DNA of 52,690 nt, the filler included, from Bipalium vagum (Eukaryota): NCBI GenBank assembly GCA_037834085.1. It is 3 parts of 3 records of this genome, joined end to end, with 100 filler letters (N's around TTAATTAATTAA, not from the genome) between each part and the next. Parts side by side here need not be neighbours in the genome. Positions count along the whole stretch, not along the records: positions 1 to 20,138 come from JBBMKC010259505.1; 2 more parts are not named here. One strand, 5' to 3'. The translations under genes were made by a program, and so were the position numbers. Position 1 is the first letter of the stretch; each line of letters opens with the position of its first letter. The notes beneath the pieces are model-generated. The model saw only the letters and a program-made list of their open reading frames with translations. It searched no databases and was not told where the DNA came from. Below are positions 1-13,500 of the stretch, in pieces.

Positions 1-3000
1 TTCCATATTAAACTGATTTTTATTTTAGATAATTTTTAACATAAAATAACGTGAAAAAATAATTTTGTAAGAAATGAAAAATATTTTGGAATTTAATCAA
101 TACCATTTATGAAATAATTTATTTTTAAAATAAAATATTAATTTTCTTTAATACTTTCCCCGCTCTCTCTACGGGAAAAAATAAATAAAAATCGTTAATA
201 TTTAATAGAGTAAAATTTATAAGCTTTCATTTTAATTAAATAAAACGATGTCAGTTATGTTTGGCTTTTACAAAGAATTGTTACATGTATTTTTTATTTA
301 AATAATAATGCAACGAATTTCTTATTTATGTTAAAGTTATCCCTATTTATGAGTAATAATAATAATAATAAAAATAATAAATTATAATAATAAAAAAATT
401 ATAATAAATAATAATATTTTTCTATTATTATCAATAAATGAAACAAAAATTGCTAAAATGTATTAATAAATGTATTTAAGGGTACGGAATACGTCTCTTT
501 TTTTGTTTCTTATGTATCATCTTTTGATACTCAATACTCTTGTGAATTAATTAATTAATTAATTTTTTCATTGGCCCAATTTAATATTTGAATTTGTTTT
601 ATAATTAGAGATCAGACGAGCTTGAAACTGTCTCAACAAAGTTTGTCCTGCCAACGGTTTGTGGCACGGCGTCTGGAAAACAATTTCATCGTTCCTCGCC
701 TCTCATTATTTTTGAAAGAGTTTTTTCCGATTTCGGTCTCCGTTACAGCGAAAAAAAATTGAAATCACGGACGCTTGAAAATGACTTTGATATGTCTTTC
801 GAGGCTCTGAGATCGTTACGATTGACCACGTTTTTTTATACGCTTCGTTAACTTATCCCTATACTTTCGGTCCAACTGAAATGATTTGAGGCAGGGGTTG
901 TTCTTGTAATTTTCATAGTATAATTAACTGGGAGATTTATTGAATGCTTTTATGCGGATTTAGACGAGTCTTGAGAGTGTTTGATCTTTAAAGAATAAAG
1001 AATAATTATTTTTTCCTGTCTTTTAACGAACCTGTATTCTAGTGGCCAAAAGAATGGTGTAACTTTTGAAGAAATTATTTAAGAAAATTTTAGACTTCGC
1101 TAAACAAAAGAAAAACCTACGCTCTCAAGGAGAGTTTTTTTCTGGACAGTAGCTGGCTTGTTAAAACAAAAAATGAGAGTGAGCATAAAAAAGGAAACGA
1201 GCCATTGATAATCTCAGTCAAGTTACATCATAAGGGTTTTCAGATTTTAAAGTTATTTATAAATATTAATGATCGATTATCAGAAGGGATACATCTTAAA
1301 CGAGATTCATAACGTCCATGAAAAATTCACGTTCACAATAGTGAACCTGTACTCACCCCTTGGCATTCTTTGCTTTGTCTTTCAAATTTCCAGTTGCCAT
1401 GAAACGTCATTCCTTTATTGTATCATTGATATAAATATTGGAATTATTGAAAGATTTGTCTATAATTGTATACGTGCTTGTTTTAATAAGAGAATTCGCA
1501 AAAATTTAAACAAAGTTTTTTAAAAATAATGATTTTTCTAACTATCTTTATATATTTAAATTCAACAGATTATTTTAGAAATTTCTCAAAAATATTTTCC
1601 ATTAAACCACGCTCTACCTAATTTTTATTTTGTGTTTTTGAATAAATAATGATTTTAGAAAAGTTACAAAAAAATCGGTTCAATTTAATTTGACACTACA
1701 ACACTCAACAATTAAACCTGACACTACTTATGTAATCAATTTAATCTGACTCAACATATATGAAATTATGAAATCAAAAATCAATTTCTATCAATACATT
1801 TATTATTATACTAAATAATGTTGGTGTTTTACTAAATGTTTGTTCCATCCAGCCACATGAATTCTGTTAACAAGCTCTCATTTATCGTCATCGATGCTTT
1901 TCTTTATTTTGATTTTTCTAATTTTTAAATTTTATTTTAAATTTATTTTGTTCCGCACAATTTTTTTTCGCAAAAATGATTTTTCCGTTTCTAATAATAT
2001 TTAATTTTAATAATTAATTAATTAATAATTAATAGTAATTAGTACCTTTCTTCTAATACCATTGGGTAAACAAAAAAATAAAAGCTAAAAAAGTGTTTCC
2101 GATTTTTGTTATCAGTTTTTATTTCTTAACAAACATATTGATTTTTTGTTAAATTTTTTTTGAGCAATTTTTTAGAATATTTTCCATTTGAAAAGGTAAT
2201 GATATTAAAAATTTTTTAAAAAAAATATTCGGAGCAAAACACTAATTTTTTTTACTCAAAAAGAATTTCTCCGTTTCAGTCTTATGATACCATTAGGTAA
2301 ATAAAAGCACGATAATAACAAAAAATTCATTTTGTTAAAGAATATTTCGTCCTAATTTCGTTATCAATTTTCACTTTTTAACAATAATATTGATTTTTAT
2401 TTCTCCATTTTAATAAATAAATAATAATTCTTTGACTTTTATATTAAGTAAATTATTTATTGATGGAAAATGACGTAAAAATTATAAATTGCAAAAAAAA
2501 CTAGCTGAAGTTGAATTAAGAAAAAGAGTAATAATATATTTTAGATATTAGAATAATAAACAAAAAATAATAACTCTCAGAAAATCCAGCATCAAAGCTT
2601 ATCGCTTAAAATAAGGCAATTTGTTCTCTCTAGTTTACTGTCCAATTTAATAAGCCCGAATAACTGTAAATGCAACTTAAATGGTGATAATTGAATTATT
2701 ATTTTTATTATCGTTCTCTGAAAATTTCATTTTTATTTCATTTTGTTTAAATAAGTGATTTATTCGGAAATAAATTCTTTTTCTCCAGAAATATGTGAAC
2801 TTATTTTTACAATTTCACAAAAAGGTTAAAAATTCCATTAAATAAATAATTTGTTTATTTTTTATGACAATGTCTTTTTTACATAGAAAACCATTGACAA
2901 ACCATTCTCGTAAAATAAATTAATAAAAAATATTTTTTTTTATAATTATTTTCCTTAAAACTTATATATTTAGTAAAATATTTATTATTATTGTTTAAAT

Positions 3001-3078
3001 CAATTCATACTAAAATTTTATTTTTAAATTGAATAAAAATAATTAGGTCTACAAATTTGAAAGATGTCTATTCAGTAA

Positions 3079-3435
3079 ATGGCTTCAAAGCCGCAATCTA
3101 ACCGAAATATTTTCTTAAACGAGTAAATTTTTAATTAAATTTAATCAATAATTAATATATACTTATGATAATTCTTGTTTTAATATTTCAAACAAATTGC
3201 GAAAATTCAAATACGATCTCCAGAAATGCCTGCAAGGCATTGTTTATTATTTGCCTTCCAATTAAAGAAAATATTATATGATTTTAGAGATAAGATAGAG
3301 ACTTCAGTGAGTTATAAAACTTCAAGAAATGGTTTAGCCAATTTAGAAGCGGAAAAAATTGCGGACCTTGAGAATTTGTGTCATGAAAATCCACATAATT
3401 ACACAGGACGCAATATCCCGTCGACTCAATTTTAA
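3079..3435 (+). CDS. Candidate two-exon orphan gene (63 aa)
   Basis: ATG at 3079 (taaATGG), exon 3079-3122, phase-2 intron GTAAAT...TTTTAG (3123-3287) joining into the open frame 3288-3435; AATAAA at 3476. No recognised homology. Confidence 0.3.
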
Positions 3436-4837
3436 GCTCCGTATTTTCCCCAGAATAAGATTACTAGTTATAAGTAATAAAGATATAAAAAAACTTTATT
3501 TTGATCGATATTTTTTTAATCATGTTTTTTATTTTAAAAAATAATAATAATTTTCCGACCAACGTGAATCGTAAGTGCAACGAAGGATTTGAAAAATGGA
3601 AAGAAAATCGAAGTTTTCAGAATAAAAATAACTTTTTCACCGTTGAGAAGGAATATGTTTTCCGTGTTGTTTTAACTTGTAATTTTCGATAATTGACAGC
3701 CGATATTAATATTTAAATAAGTAATTAAAACAAAAATATTTATTATTGATGTTTGAAAAATGAAAAATGAGTTTTTCCTTTAAGTTCATTGGCAAAATTA
3801 TATTTTCTCTTTTCTTTTGGCAATTTTGTTCATTTATTATTTACGGTGGTTGAGTAGCTGCATTGGAGTCACAATATGGGGGTTCGTCGAGATCTGCAGT
3901 AGGCATTTCAGAGGAACCAGTAATATTTTTAATGAAACATTTTTACTCTTTTCTTTTCCATATTCACTTTTTGTTCTCAACATTTGGCATTAGTTTTGTC
4001 GTATCCATTTCCGTAAACATTCCAACGGTTCTGGGTTCTGTCTATCATTGCCATGACGACGATTTGGAATTTTAGACATTAGATTAATAAATGATTAATG
4101 TTTATTGGCTTTGAGAGAAAGACTGACAAAGATATTCGTTTGTTTCAAGTCATAATAATGATGTATATTTAATACATTATTTATTGTGAAAGTATTCACA
4201 GTCAAAGTATTCCCAAAAGGACAGTTCCTTCCACCACTTGTGTTATGGATGAGGCTAAATTTCCGTTCAAAAAGAATTTCATCCATGTATAAATCACTGT
4301 TTAAAAATCGGTATTAATGCTGAATTAATTGATCAATAAATAATGTAACGAAAAATAAATAAAGCTTACTTTTAAATGACACAATGTCATTTGATTAATT
4401 CTCATTTATTAATTATATCTGATCAATAAAATGATTTCTAAGAAATGGTAACTTTTCCATAATTAACCGGAACGCAAATAATATTAATAATAATAAATAA
4501 AAATAATATGTGATTGTATTTTATTAATCAATAGATAAAAGAAATAATGCCATTTTAAATATAAATAAATAATAATATCTTTAAAATACTATTAATGAAT
4601 TAATAATTGGTTATTTAATGTTATTTTAAATTTTCTCTTAATCCTTTTATTTATTTTTGACTCTTTATTCATACAAAATAACTATTATTATTATTATTAT
4701 TTATAATTTGACAATTTTATAAAATTAGAAATTTATTTAAATTAAATATTTAACATTTTAAAATTATTTTTTCTTCTATTATTATATTATTATTTATGGT
4801 TCGATAAAAGTGTACATAAAATGATGGTCACAAATAA

Positions 4838-5750
4838 CACTGGCCGGGGTTTTTGAACTTTTATTTTTTTCTTATTAAATGAAAGCTATCTGACCAGATG
4901 TAGTTTTTAGTACTGATTCTAAATAAAATTTCAGTTTTATTCCATCACGTCTCATTTTTGGAGAAAATTCATTTTTAAAGAGGATAATTTATATAGAAAA
5001 ACACCGATTACATAACTAAAGTCTTAAGCAACCAGTAGAAATCTCAATTCATGGCACTGGTATCGCTTTTTGATGGTGCTTATTGTTTGATGAAATCTTT
5101 CCTCATATTCATCACAAATATTTCCAAAATCTTGCGGGAAGAAGTCCAGGTGGCACTTCAAGAAGTGAATTTTAAGGGAAATTTTAACATTTCATCTCTT
5201 TAAAGGAATCCAATGATTCAGAAATGGCTTTCTGATTTATCACTCTCCGAAACGGTGTTTACCTGATAAAATTAAATATTACTTTATGTAGATATAGTAG
5301 CAACACGATAAACCGAAAAAGTTGTTCACAGTATCTAGCAAAGCGGTATCTATTATGATAGACACTGTTTATTGCATCACAGATATTGACTAATTCAATA
5401 ATCACGATATCAGATTACTAAATCTTCATGTCATGCACGTAATTATTGTCAGTTATCATTTCATGAAGAAATACTGTCACTGAGTGAAAGAAGCTGAACT
5501 GATGGAAAATTGGACGAATATTCTGACCGTGTTAGCAAAATTGTGTAAAAATATTATGATAACGAGCTTCCACGAAAACCAGAGATCGTCTTTCCTCTAC
5601 GAGATAAAAAAGAATATGTAGGTTGCTTTTAGTGAACCTAAATATTTGGATAAACATTTTTATGAAGTCTATAATGGGAGGAATCTTTAATGTGTATTTA
5701 AACAAACAAGATTTCATTACATCAGTTACGACGAATATTGATATTTTATC
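4838..5750 (-). mobile_element. Chapaev3-like (CMC) DNA transposon remnant
   Basis: Minus-strand peptide ISLKIHFLKCHLDFFPQDFGNICDEYEERFHQTISTIKKRYQ (~5060-5185) matches the SLKIHFLHSHLDFFPxNLGAVSDEHGERFHQDI signature. The terminus begins CACTGG at 4838 after TAA; an upstream fragment reads FTKSNLHIL. Frameshifted, 5' boundary uncertain. Confidence 0.7.
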
Positions 5751-5899
5751 TTCTGTTTGGTTTCACATTCATTAGTCGTCAATAGTGACAATTCAATCTA
5801 TAAAATGTTGAAACTCTTTAATGACTGCGGGTCGACTTCTATGTTGCTGGCTTCAGTCACAACTGCCACTCATACTGATTACTGGTTACTTGCACTTTA

Positions 5900-6560
5900 G
5901 TACACTGAGTAAATTTTTGCGCCGCTCTATTCCAGTTTTGTTATAAATTATCATGAGAGCCTTCGAAAAAGAAATATTAGACATACATATGTGCCATGGT
6001 GTTGAGTAATTATGTATTTAATCTTTGAATAAAGACATTTTTGCTATTTTCGTTGCTGCTTATGTGAAATACCTTAACTTTATCTATTAATATCACATTT
6101 TAAGAGGTTTTCATATTTTGTATTTTAGGTGACAAAACTTTTTCCAAACACTCCAAAAAACTAGTTTACAAAAAGAATGGATTAATGGAAATCTTTATGA
6201 ACATCACCTTGAGAAGTTAAATCGTGAACCAAGAGTAAAAGGACAAAACTTATCTGCCATATATATATATATATTAAAGTGATATTATTAAACGAGAACG
6301 CTCGGTCTCTTGTTTGCCGAGACACAGACATATTTAAAGATATGTGATGGGATGTTATCTCACAATCTGCAGTCACCAGACATTGGCCTATTAGATCAAC
6401 ATTTGATTTGATCTATGACTTATGGATTGTCCGAGTAAGGGCTTAAGAATAATAAAACTGTTTAAAATGCCAATAGAGTTGGAAAACGTCAAGTGCAAAC
6501 CCATTTTTCTATAATGGAATTCATAAATTGCTCAAAACGTGAAAAAATATTTTTATAAAT
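5900..6560 (+). mobile_element. mariner transposase remnant
   Basis: Degenerate INGNLYEHHLEKLN, ILLNENARSLV (ILLHDNARPH) and WDVISQSA/SPDIGLLDQHL (WEVLPHPPYSPDIAPSDYHL). Confidence 0.6.
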
Positions 6561-6718
6561 GAGAGAAATTATTTTTGATAAAGATTTACTTTGACTTCTC
6601 ACAATGTCATCGAATTATTAAGACCTTAAGGCTTGATAGTCATTCTTATAAACATAATACTTCAAATCAAAAACATGTACAACGCTAATCTTATTTTGAA
6701 ATAGTTTAATAATAAACA

Positions 6719-6720
<2 letters not shown>

Positions 6721-6779
<59 letters not shown>

Positions 6780-6790
6780 TAATAGTAATA
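6721..6790. repeat. (AAT)n microsatellite
   Basis: About 19 perfect AAT units plus a degenerate tail; source of the poly-L and poly-Y pseudo-ORFs. Confidence 0.95.
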
Positions 6791-7535
6791 AACAGTTAAT
6801 AGTACATTTAGAGAAAATAATATCCATAATTTCACATGTTTATTATTGATAAAAATATTCAAAAATTACCAATTAAATGGAAAGTTTTAAATCTTTTGAA
6901 AATTTTTTGCAATGTCATAAAAAATTCAATTATTTTGCTTTAATAAAATTGAAAAATCCATAAACAATGTTGACTGAAGATGTTCTGAAAGGAACAGATG
7001 AATAAATGAAAGGAACCATTTGCCAGAGTCTCAAAATAGTTTTCCTTCAAAATTTTTATTAAATAATTTTTAAAAATAAATATTAAAAATATCTTTGAAA
7101 GGAATGACATGGAATCCGAAGAAATCGATTTTACTCAACGTTTGGCATTGTAATTTTTAATCTTCATTAATGTCCTCTCTGAAGCGTACGCTGTAATACT
7201 ATTAACAGGAAAGGAAAGTGTAAAGATTTTTCAAGATTTGATTAATACCAGTTAAAGCTAATATTATTTTATATTATTAACAAATTTAAATAATAATTAT
7301 ATAAATTTTCTCAAAATTAAATTTTATTGTTAACATATATTTCAAGGGTTAATATAAAGAATATAATATTATATATAATATAATATAATATAATGATATG
7401 ACAAAAATAAAATACATTATAATAGAATATATTATATAAAATATATTATATAATGTAATATATAATGTAATATAATATGTTACAATATTATATTATCAAA
7501 TTGTACTTAATATTGTTCTTGTATTTAATGTTCAG

Positions 7536-10500
7536 AACGGACTGAATGCCCTTCATTTAGCTGCCAAAGGTGGCCATTCTGAAATTGTTAAATACCTAAT
7601 TGAAAATGGAGCGGATATTCATGCCAAGACTCGGAAAAATAACACAGCCCTCCACATTGCAAGCTTGGCTGGCTGCTTAGAAGTTGTCAAAATTCTCGTA
7701 AAAGAAGGAGCGAATGTCAATGAACAGTCTCAAGTAAGAGAATCAGTTCAATGACGTAGAAATTCATTGAATTTTTAGACCGGATTCACTCCACTTTATA
7801 TGGCAGCTCAAGAAAATCATATAGAAGTTGTTAACTATTTACTGGAACATGAAGCTGACATCAATCTGTCGACCACAGTAATTAATATTAAGCAAAACAA
7901 TATTCATGTTCATGTTAGGATAATTTCACGCCCTTAGCGGTTGCTATTCAACAGGGTCATGAGGAAACCGTTTCCATTCTTCTCAATAAGGCAAATTGTC
8001 AGAATTCAGTCGACATTTCCAGCGACCTAAAACTGCCTCCTTTGCATATAGCGACCAGGAAAAACGACTACCACGCCGTTCTGCTTCTGTTACATCATCA
8101 AGACGATGTCCTGGCAGCCCTGACGCAGGCTTCCTTGGTTTGTAGTTTGGTTTCCTTCTTCAGAAGAAATCTTGAAATTTTTTTTAATGATATTTCCAAT
8201 ATTATCGATGTGCTATAAATTAATGGACTTTCAAAGGGATTCAAAGATAATCGTTTATGATATTTACATAATATTATCAAAATATATTAAATTTGAACTA
8301 TGCACCGATTGAAGATTTTAAGCATTTCTTCGAAGAATTTGTGTTAAGAAGATTTTTTATTCTTATTATTTATTTTATTTATTTATTTCATATATGCCTT
8401 CAAATATTATCTAAGAATTGATAATACCATCTATTTTAAACAAAAACTACGAGGGATTGTGGACTATTCTGACTGGTATCTTTCAATAGTTTGCCAAGTC
8501 CGTTCATTTCTTCACCCTAATCAATGTAATGTCTAATAAATACGTTATTCTTATTCTGAAACTCTTCCTCATTTGTTTCAATCTAATTTCTTTTATCTCA
8601 GATCTTCTGAAAATAAATACTGAAAATTCTGTTATCACTAGAGTCCAAAAATTTTTCAAGAAATTTGATTATTAGGAGTTTTGATCTCCGACCCTTGGAT
8701 GTTTAAAGAATGTCTATCAATTAATTATCATGATCAGGAAATCATTTGACAAAAGTAACAATTTAAAATGAAGATCCTTTAGAGATCTATTAATGTAATG
8801 TCATACGAATTATGTAGGTATAAAAGGTGTGATACAAGAAGTTTTTAATTTTTAGGAGAAAGAAGTCCGATTTGGAGATTCTACTGTTCACTATTAAGTG
8901 TATCAAACTTTAACTCTATCTCCAACTCTTAGCTGGTGCAAAATAACAACAATCAGTAAAGCAATAAATTGTATTTATGTCACAAAACGCCCACAAAATC
9001 ACAGTGATAACACAAAAATAGCCTTATTCAATAGAGGGGTCACAAAAATGTCTCAAATGTCTTAAATAAAAGTCAATCGTATGAATTAAAACCGAATAAT
9101 AATTATAAATCAAATTAAAATAATCAATTAATCAAAACAATTACTTAAAATAAAATAAACGATAGTTAATAATAATAAAGAATCAATAATGATGAAAGAA
9201 AACCAAAACAAAATAATCTTAGGGGTTAGCTTTGTTCAAGCTTCCCAAACTATCAGTTGAGCCTTTACAGTTGCTCAGAGAAAGTTCTCTGGTGGGGAAC
9301 TTCAACACAATCCCAAGCAAAATAACATAATTGAGAAAAATACTTTTGAAGTCTTCTGAAAGGTATTTCTGTTAAGAATCTCTGAATCTCTCTGAATAAT
9401 ATTCTATTACGATTTTCTTCTATATTTCAAGAGATATCTACTCTTGTGATTGAGGCTGAAATTATGGAGAAATCCTTCTACTTTTATACTATTCTGGTCG
9501 ACGACAAGTCGTAGACAAGTTTTATTAATGGGAAATGTCAATTCCCTTTTTGGATCATTAATCTTAAATCAGTCCTTCCTTGCGGACCTTGATCTAATCT
9601 TGGCAATTTGGCTTAGCCGTTGTCAAAATTAGACCCTTTTCAGAAAATAATAAATTGCTTTTTTTTCTTTTATCAATATTTTAATTTTATTTTTTAACTT
9701 TGTACTTATTAATTAGTTAAAATTATTATTTAATACTTATTTTTAGTAAAATAATAATAATTATTATTCTTATTTTGTGAATAATTTCGCAATTGTTATC
9801 CGTGAAGGGTGAGTGTTTTGGGTAAACCAAACACTACTTTGAATTCGTTAAACATATTTATAAATAACATTTGTGGTCAAAATAATACAGAATAAAAATA
9901 ATGGTCCTTTTTATTAATTAAAAAAAATTGTTTATTAATTTAAAATCCTTTTTTTATTAATTTACTGTTTATTATATATTTTTATAACTATCTTATTTTA
10001 TTCGCAAAATATCAAAAAGAATTATTAAAAAAACAAAAAATAAATCGATTTTTTCTGATTTTTTTTCAGAAAGGACGATAAATATAATTATTTTTTTAGA
10101 AATTATTGATTTATATAAATAATATAAACTTAGAATAAATTAGGGAAAATTGCAAATTTTAAAAGAATGCCCTAAGACTTATGCATTAATGATTTTTAAA
10201 TTTTTCCGAAAATATATTAAAAATTGAAAATGAAAAAATTTTTTTATCTCGCAAGAAAAAAACGCTTTAGAAATTTTTTTTTTCATAATTATCTTTATAA
10301 TTTTAGAATGTGTAATACTCGGTTTAATAGGACTATATATTAATTAATAAATTACACGGTGTGGTTAAGAAATCCTTAGACTTGTACAGAAATATGAATG
10401 ACACTAAGATGAAAATGTTTATTTACAACAAAGGAACTATTTAGGTAACCAAAAAGCTATATAAACAACTACTTACAAGTACCTCTGCTTAAACACCTCG

Positions 10501-13500
10501 ATTGATTTACTAATGAAAATAGACCGTTTTAAAAGAAAGATGCTTCTTTTTCATTAATAAAATCTTGCGCTAGTCTTTTGAGATCATCTTTGGATTCTAT
10601 TTAACAAGAAAAAATCAATAGGAGCCAAATTAGGGCTATACCGTGTCGTGAAACCAGCACAAAACCTTTTTCCACGATCAATAGTTCGGTGAACGGTGTG
10701 AAATCTTGATTCTTTGACTTCCATCGTATATTTCTCACAGCACCAAGAAGGGGGCAGTAGTAGTTCCAGTCAATAATTTCCGGAGTATGTCAGTCTTTAT
10801 CACATTTTTTGCATTCCAAAACTCACTTTATGTAAAATTGACAATTACTCTCCTGTCAACTGAATAACCAAAGAANNNNNNNNNNNNNNNNNNNNNNNNN
10901 NNNNNNNNNNNNNNNNNNNNNNNNNNNNNNNNNNNNNNNNNNNNNNNNNNNNNNNNNNNNNNNNNNNNNNNNNNNTCATCCTTCCAAGACCATCTTCATC
11001 TTCCAGATAAAATATTGGAAAAAAATTCCAGATAAGATTTTGAAAGGTAATTCAACTATTCATCCGTATACACTTCATTTGCCCTATACTGAACTAATGT
11101 TCCAGCAGATCTTCAACTCAATTTGAATTTGTTTTAGATTTAAATTTTACACAGACTCACATGATGAAAATAATAAATTAATGCATTCAAACAAGTTAAA
11201 ATTAATACTTGTATTATTTATTATTTTTTTTATTAAAGCATTTATTTTTTTTATTAAAGCATTTATTTTTTTAACATTAATGTTATATATAATTATAAAA
11301 ATATCACTAAAAAAATAAAATTTTTTCAATAACAAACATTATTATAAAATTCACAAATGAAATATTTCTTTAAGCAACTATTTTAGAATGGTTTTACTGC
11401 TCTGCACATCGCTGCCTACTACAACAGTTACAAAGTTGGAAGACTCCTTCTGGAAAACGGAATCCCCGTTGATTATACTTCCAAAGTATCTTAAGTAGTT
11501 TCATACTGGGGTGCTTAAAGTTTATCTAGAGCAATGTTACAGCTTTACATGTTGCAGCAAAATGGGGCAAAGTCGAAATGGTCAAAGTGTTGCTGGAATT
11601 CAATGCCAATGTTGAACTGCAAACTAGAGATGGAATTCGACCTCTACACTGTGCAGCCTCACAGGGTTATCTTGAAATATGTTCCCTGCTGATAGATCAT
11701 AAGGCAGATTGTAATGCTAAGACCAAAGTAGGCAGTTATTTCAAAAGATCCATGTTTGATAACATTTGTATCACAGATTGGCCTGACACCTTTGCACCTG
11801 GTTGCACAAGGAAACCACGTGAAATTAGTGGAATTTTTCGTAAAGCAAAACAACGCTAATATCAACGAAATAAGCTGGGTTAGAAAAATCAATAAAAATT
11901 AATTAATTAAACTAAGAAATTTTTAAAATAAAAAGGTGATGAATGAAACATATTATAATAAAAAAATATTTATAATTTAAAAAAAATTATCACATGAATT
12001 TGGAAAGAATTTATTTCACCATTTTTTGTTTTTTTCATAAGAAAATATTATTTCTTCTAAATTTTTCTGAATTTTTCTCTTCAAAATTACACAAGATACA
12101 AAAATCCAGTGCATGTACACCCGTTATATATAAAAATGAACAGTAGCGAAATACAAATTCTACATAAAATATATCGACACCGTAAAAGCAACAAGATTAT
12201 TTTTTCAAAATATAAATTTAATATTTTTATTGTAACATATTAAATTAAAAAAAAATTATTTAAAATTATTTTTAATTTTTAAAAAAATATTTTTGGAATT
12301 TTCGTCTTTTAGCAAAAATATTGGAAATATTTGAGCGAGTTGTGAGACCTGATAATTTATTATTTTATTTATTTATTATTATTTTATATTTATTATTTAT
12401 TGTTTATTATTTTATTATTTATTAAAACTGGTCAAAAATAGAAAAGAAAGAGCTGAAATCAAATTTTAAAAGTATTATTAATAGTAAATGTTTGGAACGT
12501 GTCATGTCAGAGGAGCAATTTTTCATAAACAGTTATAATGTTAATAGTAATAATATATTTTGTATAAATAGGGTTTTAACAAGCCAATTCAGTGACATTT
12601 ACCAACGCTTAACACTTAAGTAATGTAAAACATCTTTTCATAAATGTCTAAATATTTTCTAATAATAAATAAATTCTCTAAATTTCCCATACCTATTCCA
12701 TTAGGAATCCTCCCAAAATTTTTATTAAAACAATATTTATATATTCTTTATTTATATGCATTCTATAAATAAAAGAATAAATAAATAAATTAAAATATTA
12801 AAAAACACTAACAAGTATATATATTAGGTGTAACACTTGATTCTGCGGATTCCTTTGTTTTACATTTATATCAAATATCAGATTGTTTTATTGATTTAAT
12901 TTATTTTACTTTTACAGCTTTGATATTTAAGCTTTTCAAATTAACAACAAATGTAACTTATTAAACTGAAAATTTGATATTTTTTTTAGCAATTAAACAG
13001 GACAATATATTAGCTAACAGAATTTGCGGTATTCCAAGCTTTTATTATTCAATTAATAAAACTCAAAATGAAAATCATCTTTTGATTTTTGAGACATTAT
13101 GTCTTCTCAAGACATTTATGAAAAATAGTTCAACAGATTTAGAACATATCATTTTTGCCTTAAAAATTAATAACGCTAAGGTCAACCGAAATAAATTGAA
13201 TTGAAAAAAAAAGAATTGGAAACCATCTTGGTAAAGGATAATGCCGAAACACAAAAAAACTACCCAAGAAGTTAAATGTTTCTCAATATGTCACTTTTGA
13301 TTATCTACATAACATGGGAAAGATTCAAGTAGAAGGAAAATAGCTTCAACATGAATTGAATGAGAGAATGATGAAGAAACAAAAAAAGTTTTTGAGGACA
13401 ACAAAGAAAGTCATTTTTGCATTACATAACTACAGGCTACGAAAAATGGATTTATTTTGATTACTGTAAACTATAAAAATCACCAGCAATTTCCATTATA

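Noticed and set aside
155-180. TTTCCCCG...CGGGAAA hairpin as a terminator or Helitron end
   Set aside because: Short imperfect stem, no CTRR terminus and no associated gene.
1681-1750. CRISPR-like repeat-spacer array (also the 21-bp arrays)
   Set aside because: Repeats and spacers are too short, the context is eukaryotic, and there are no cas genes.
3787-4286. TAA-to-Gln reassignment, suggested by long frames broken only or mostly by TAA (also 607-985)
   Set aside because: The conserved ANK, ANO8 and MRL exons contain no in-frame TAA/TAG and use CAA/CAG for Gln; such frames are expected by chance in AT-rich DNA.
6618-6862. Poly-Leu and poly-Tyr ORFs
   Set aside because: Translations of the (AAT)n microsatellite.
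8300-9650. Decayed coding-like sequence in ankyrin intron 3 (hAT or retroelement?)
   Set aside because: No diagnostic motif could be read; probably TE debris but not assignable.
11213-11272. KKINALI repeat ORF
   Set aside because: A 21-bp AT-rich slippage duplication in an intron.
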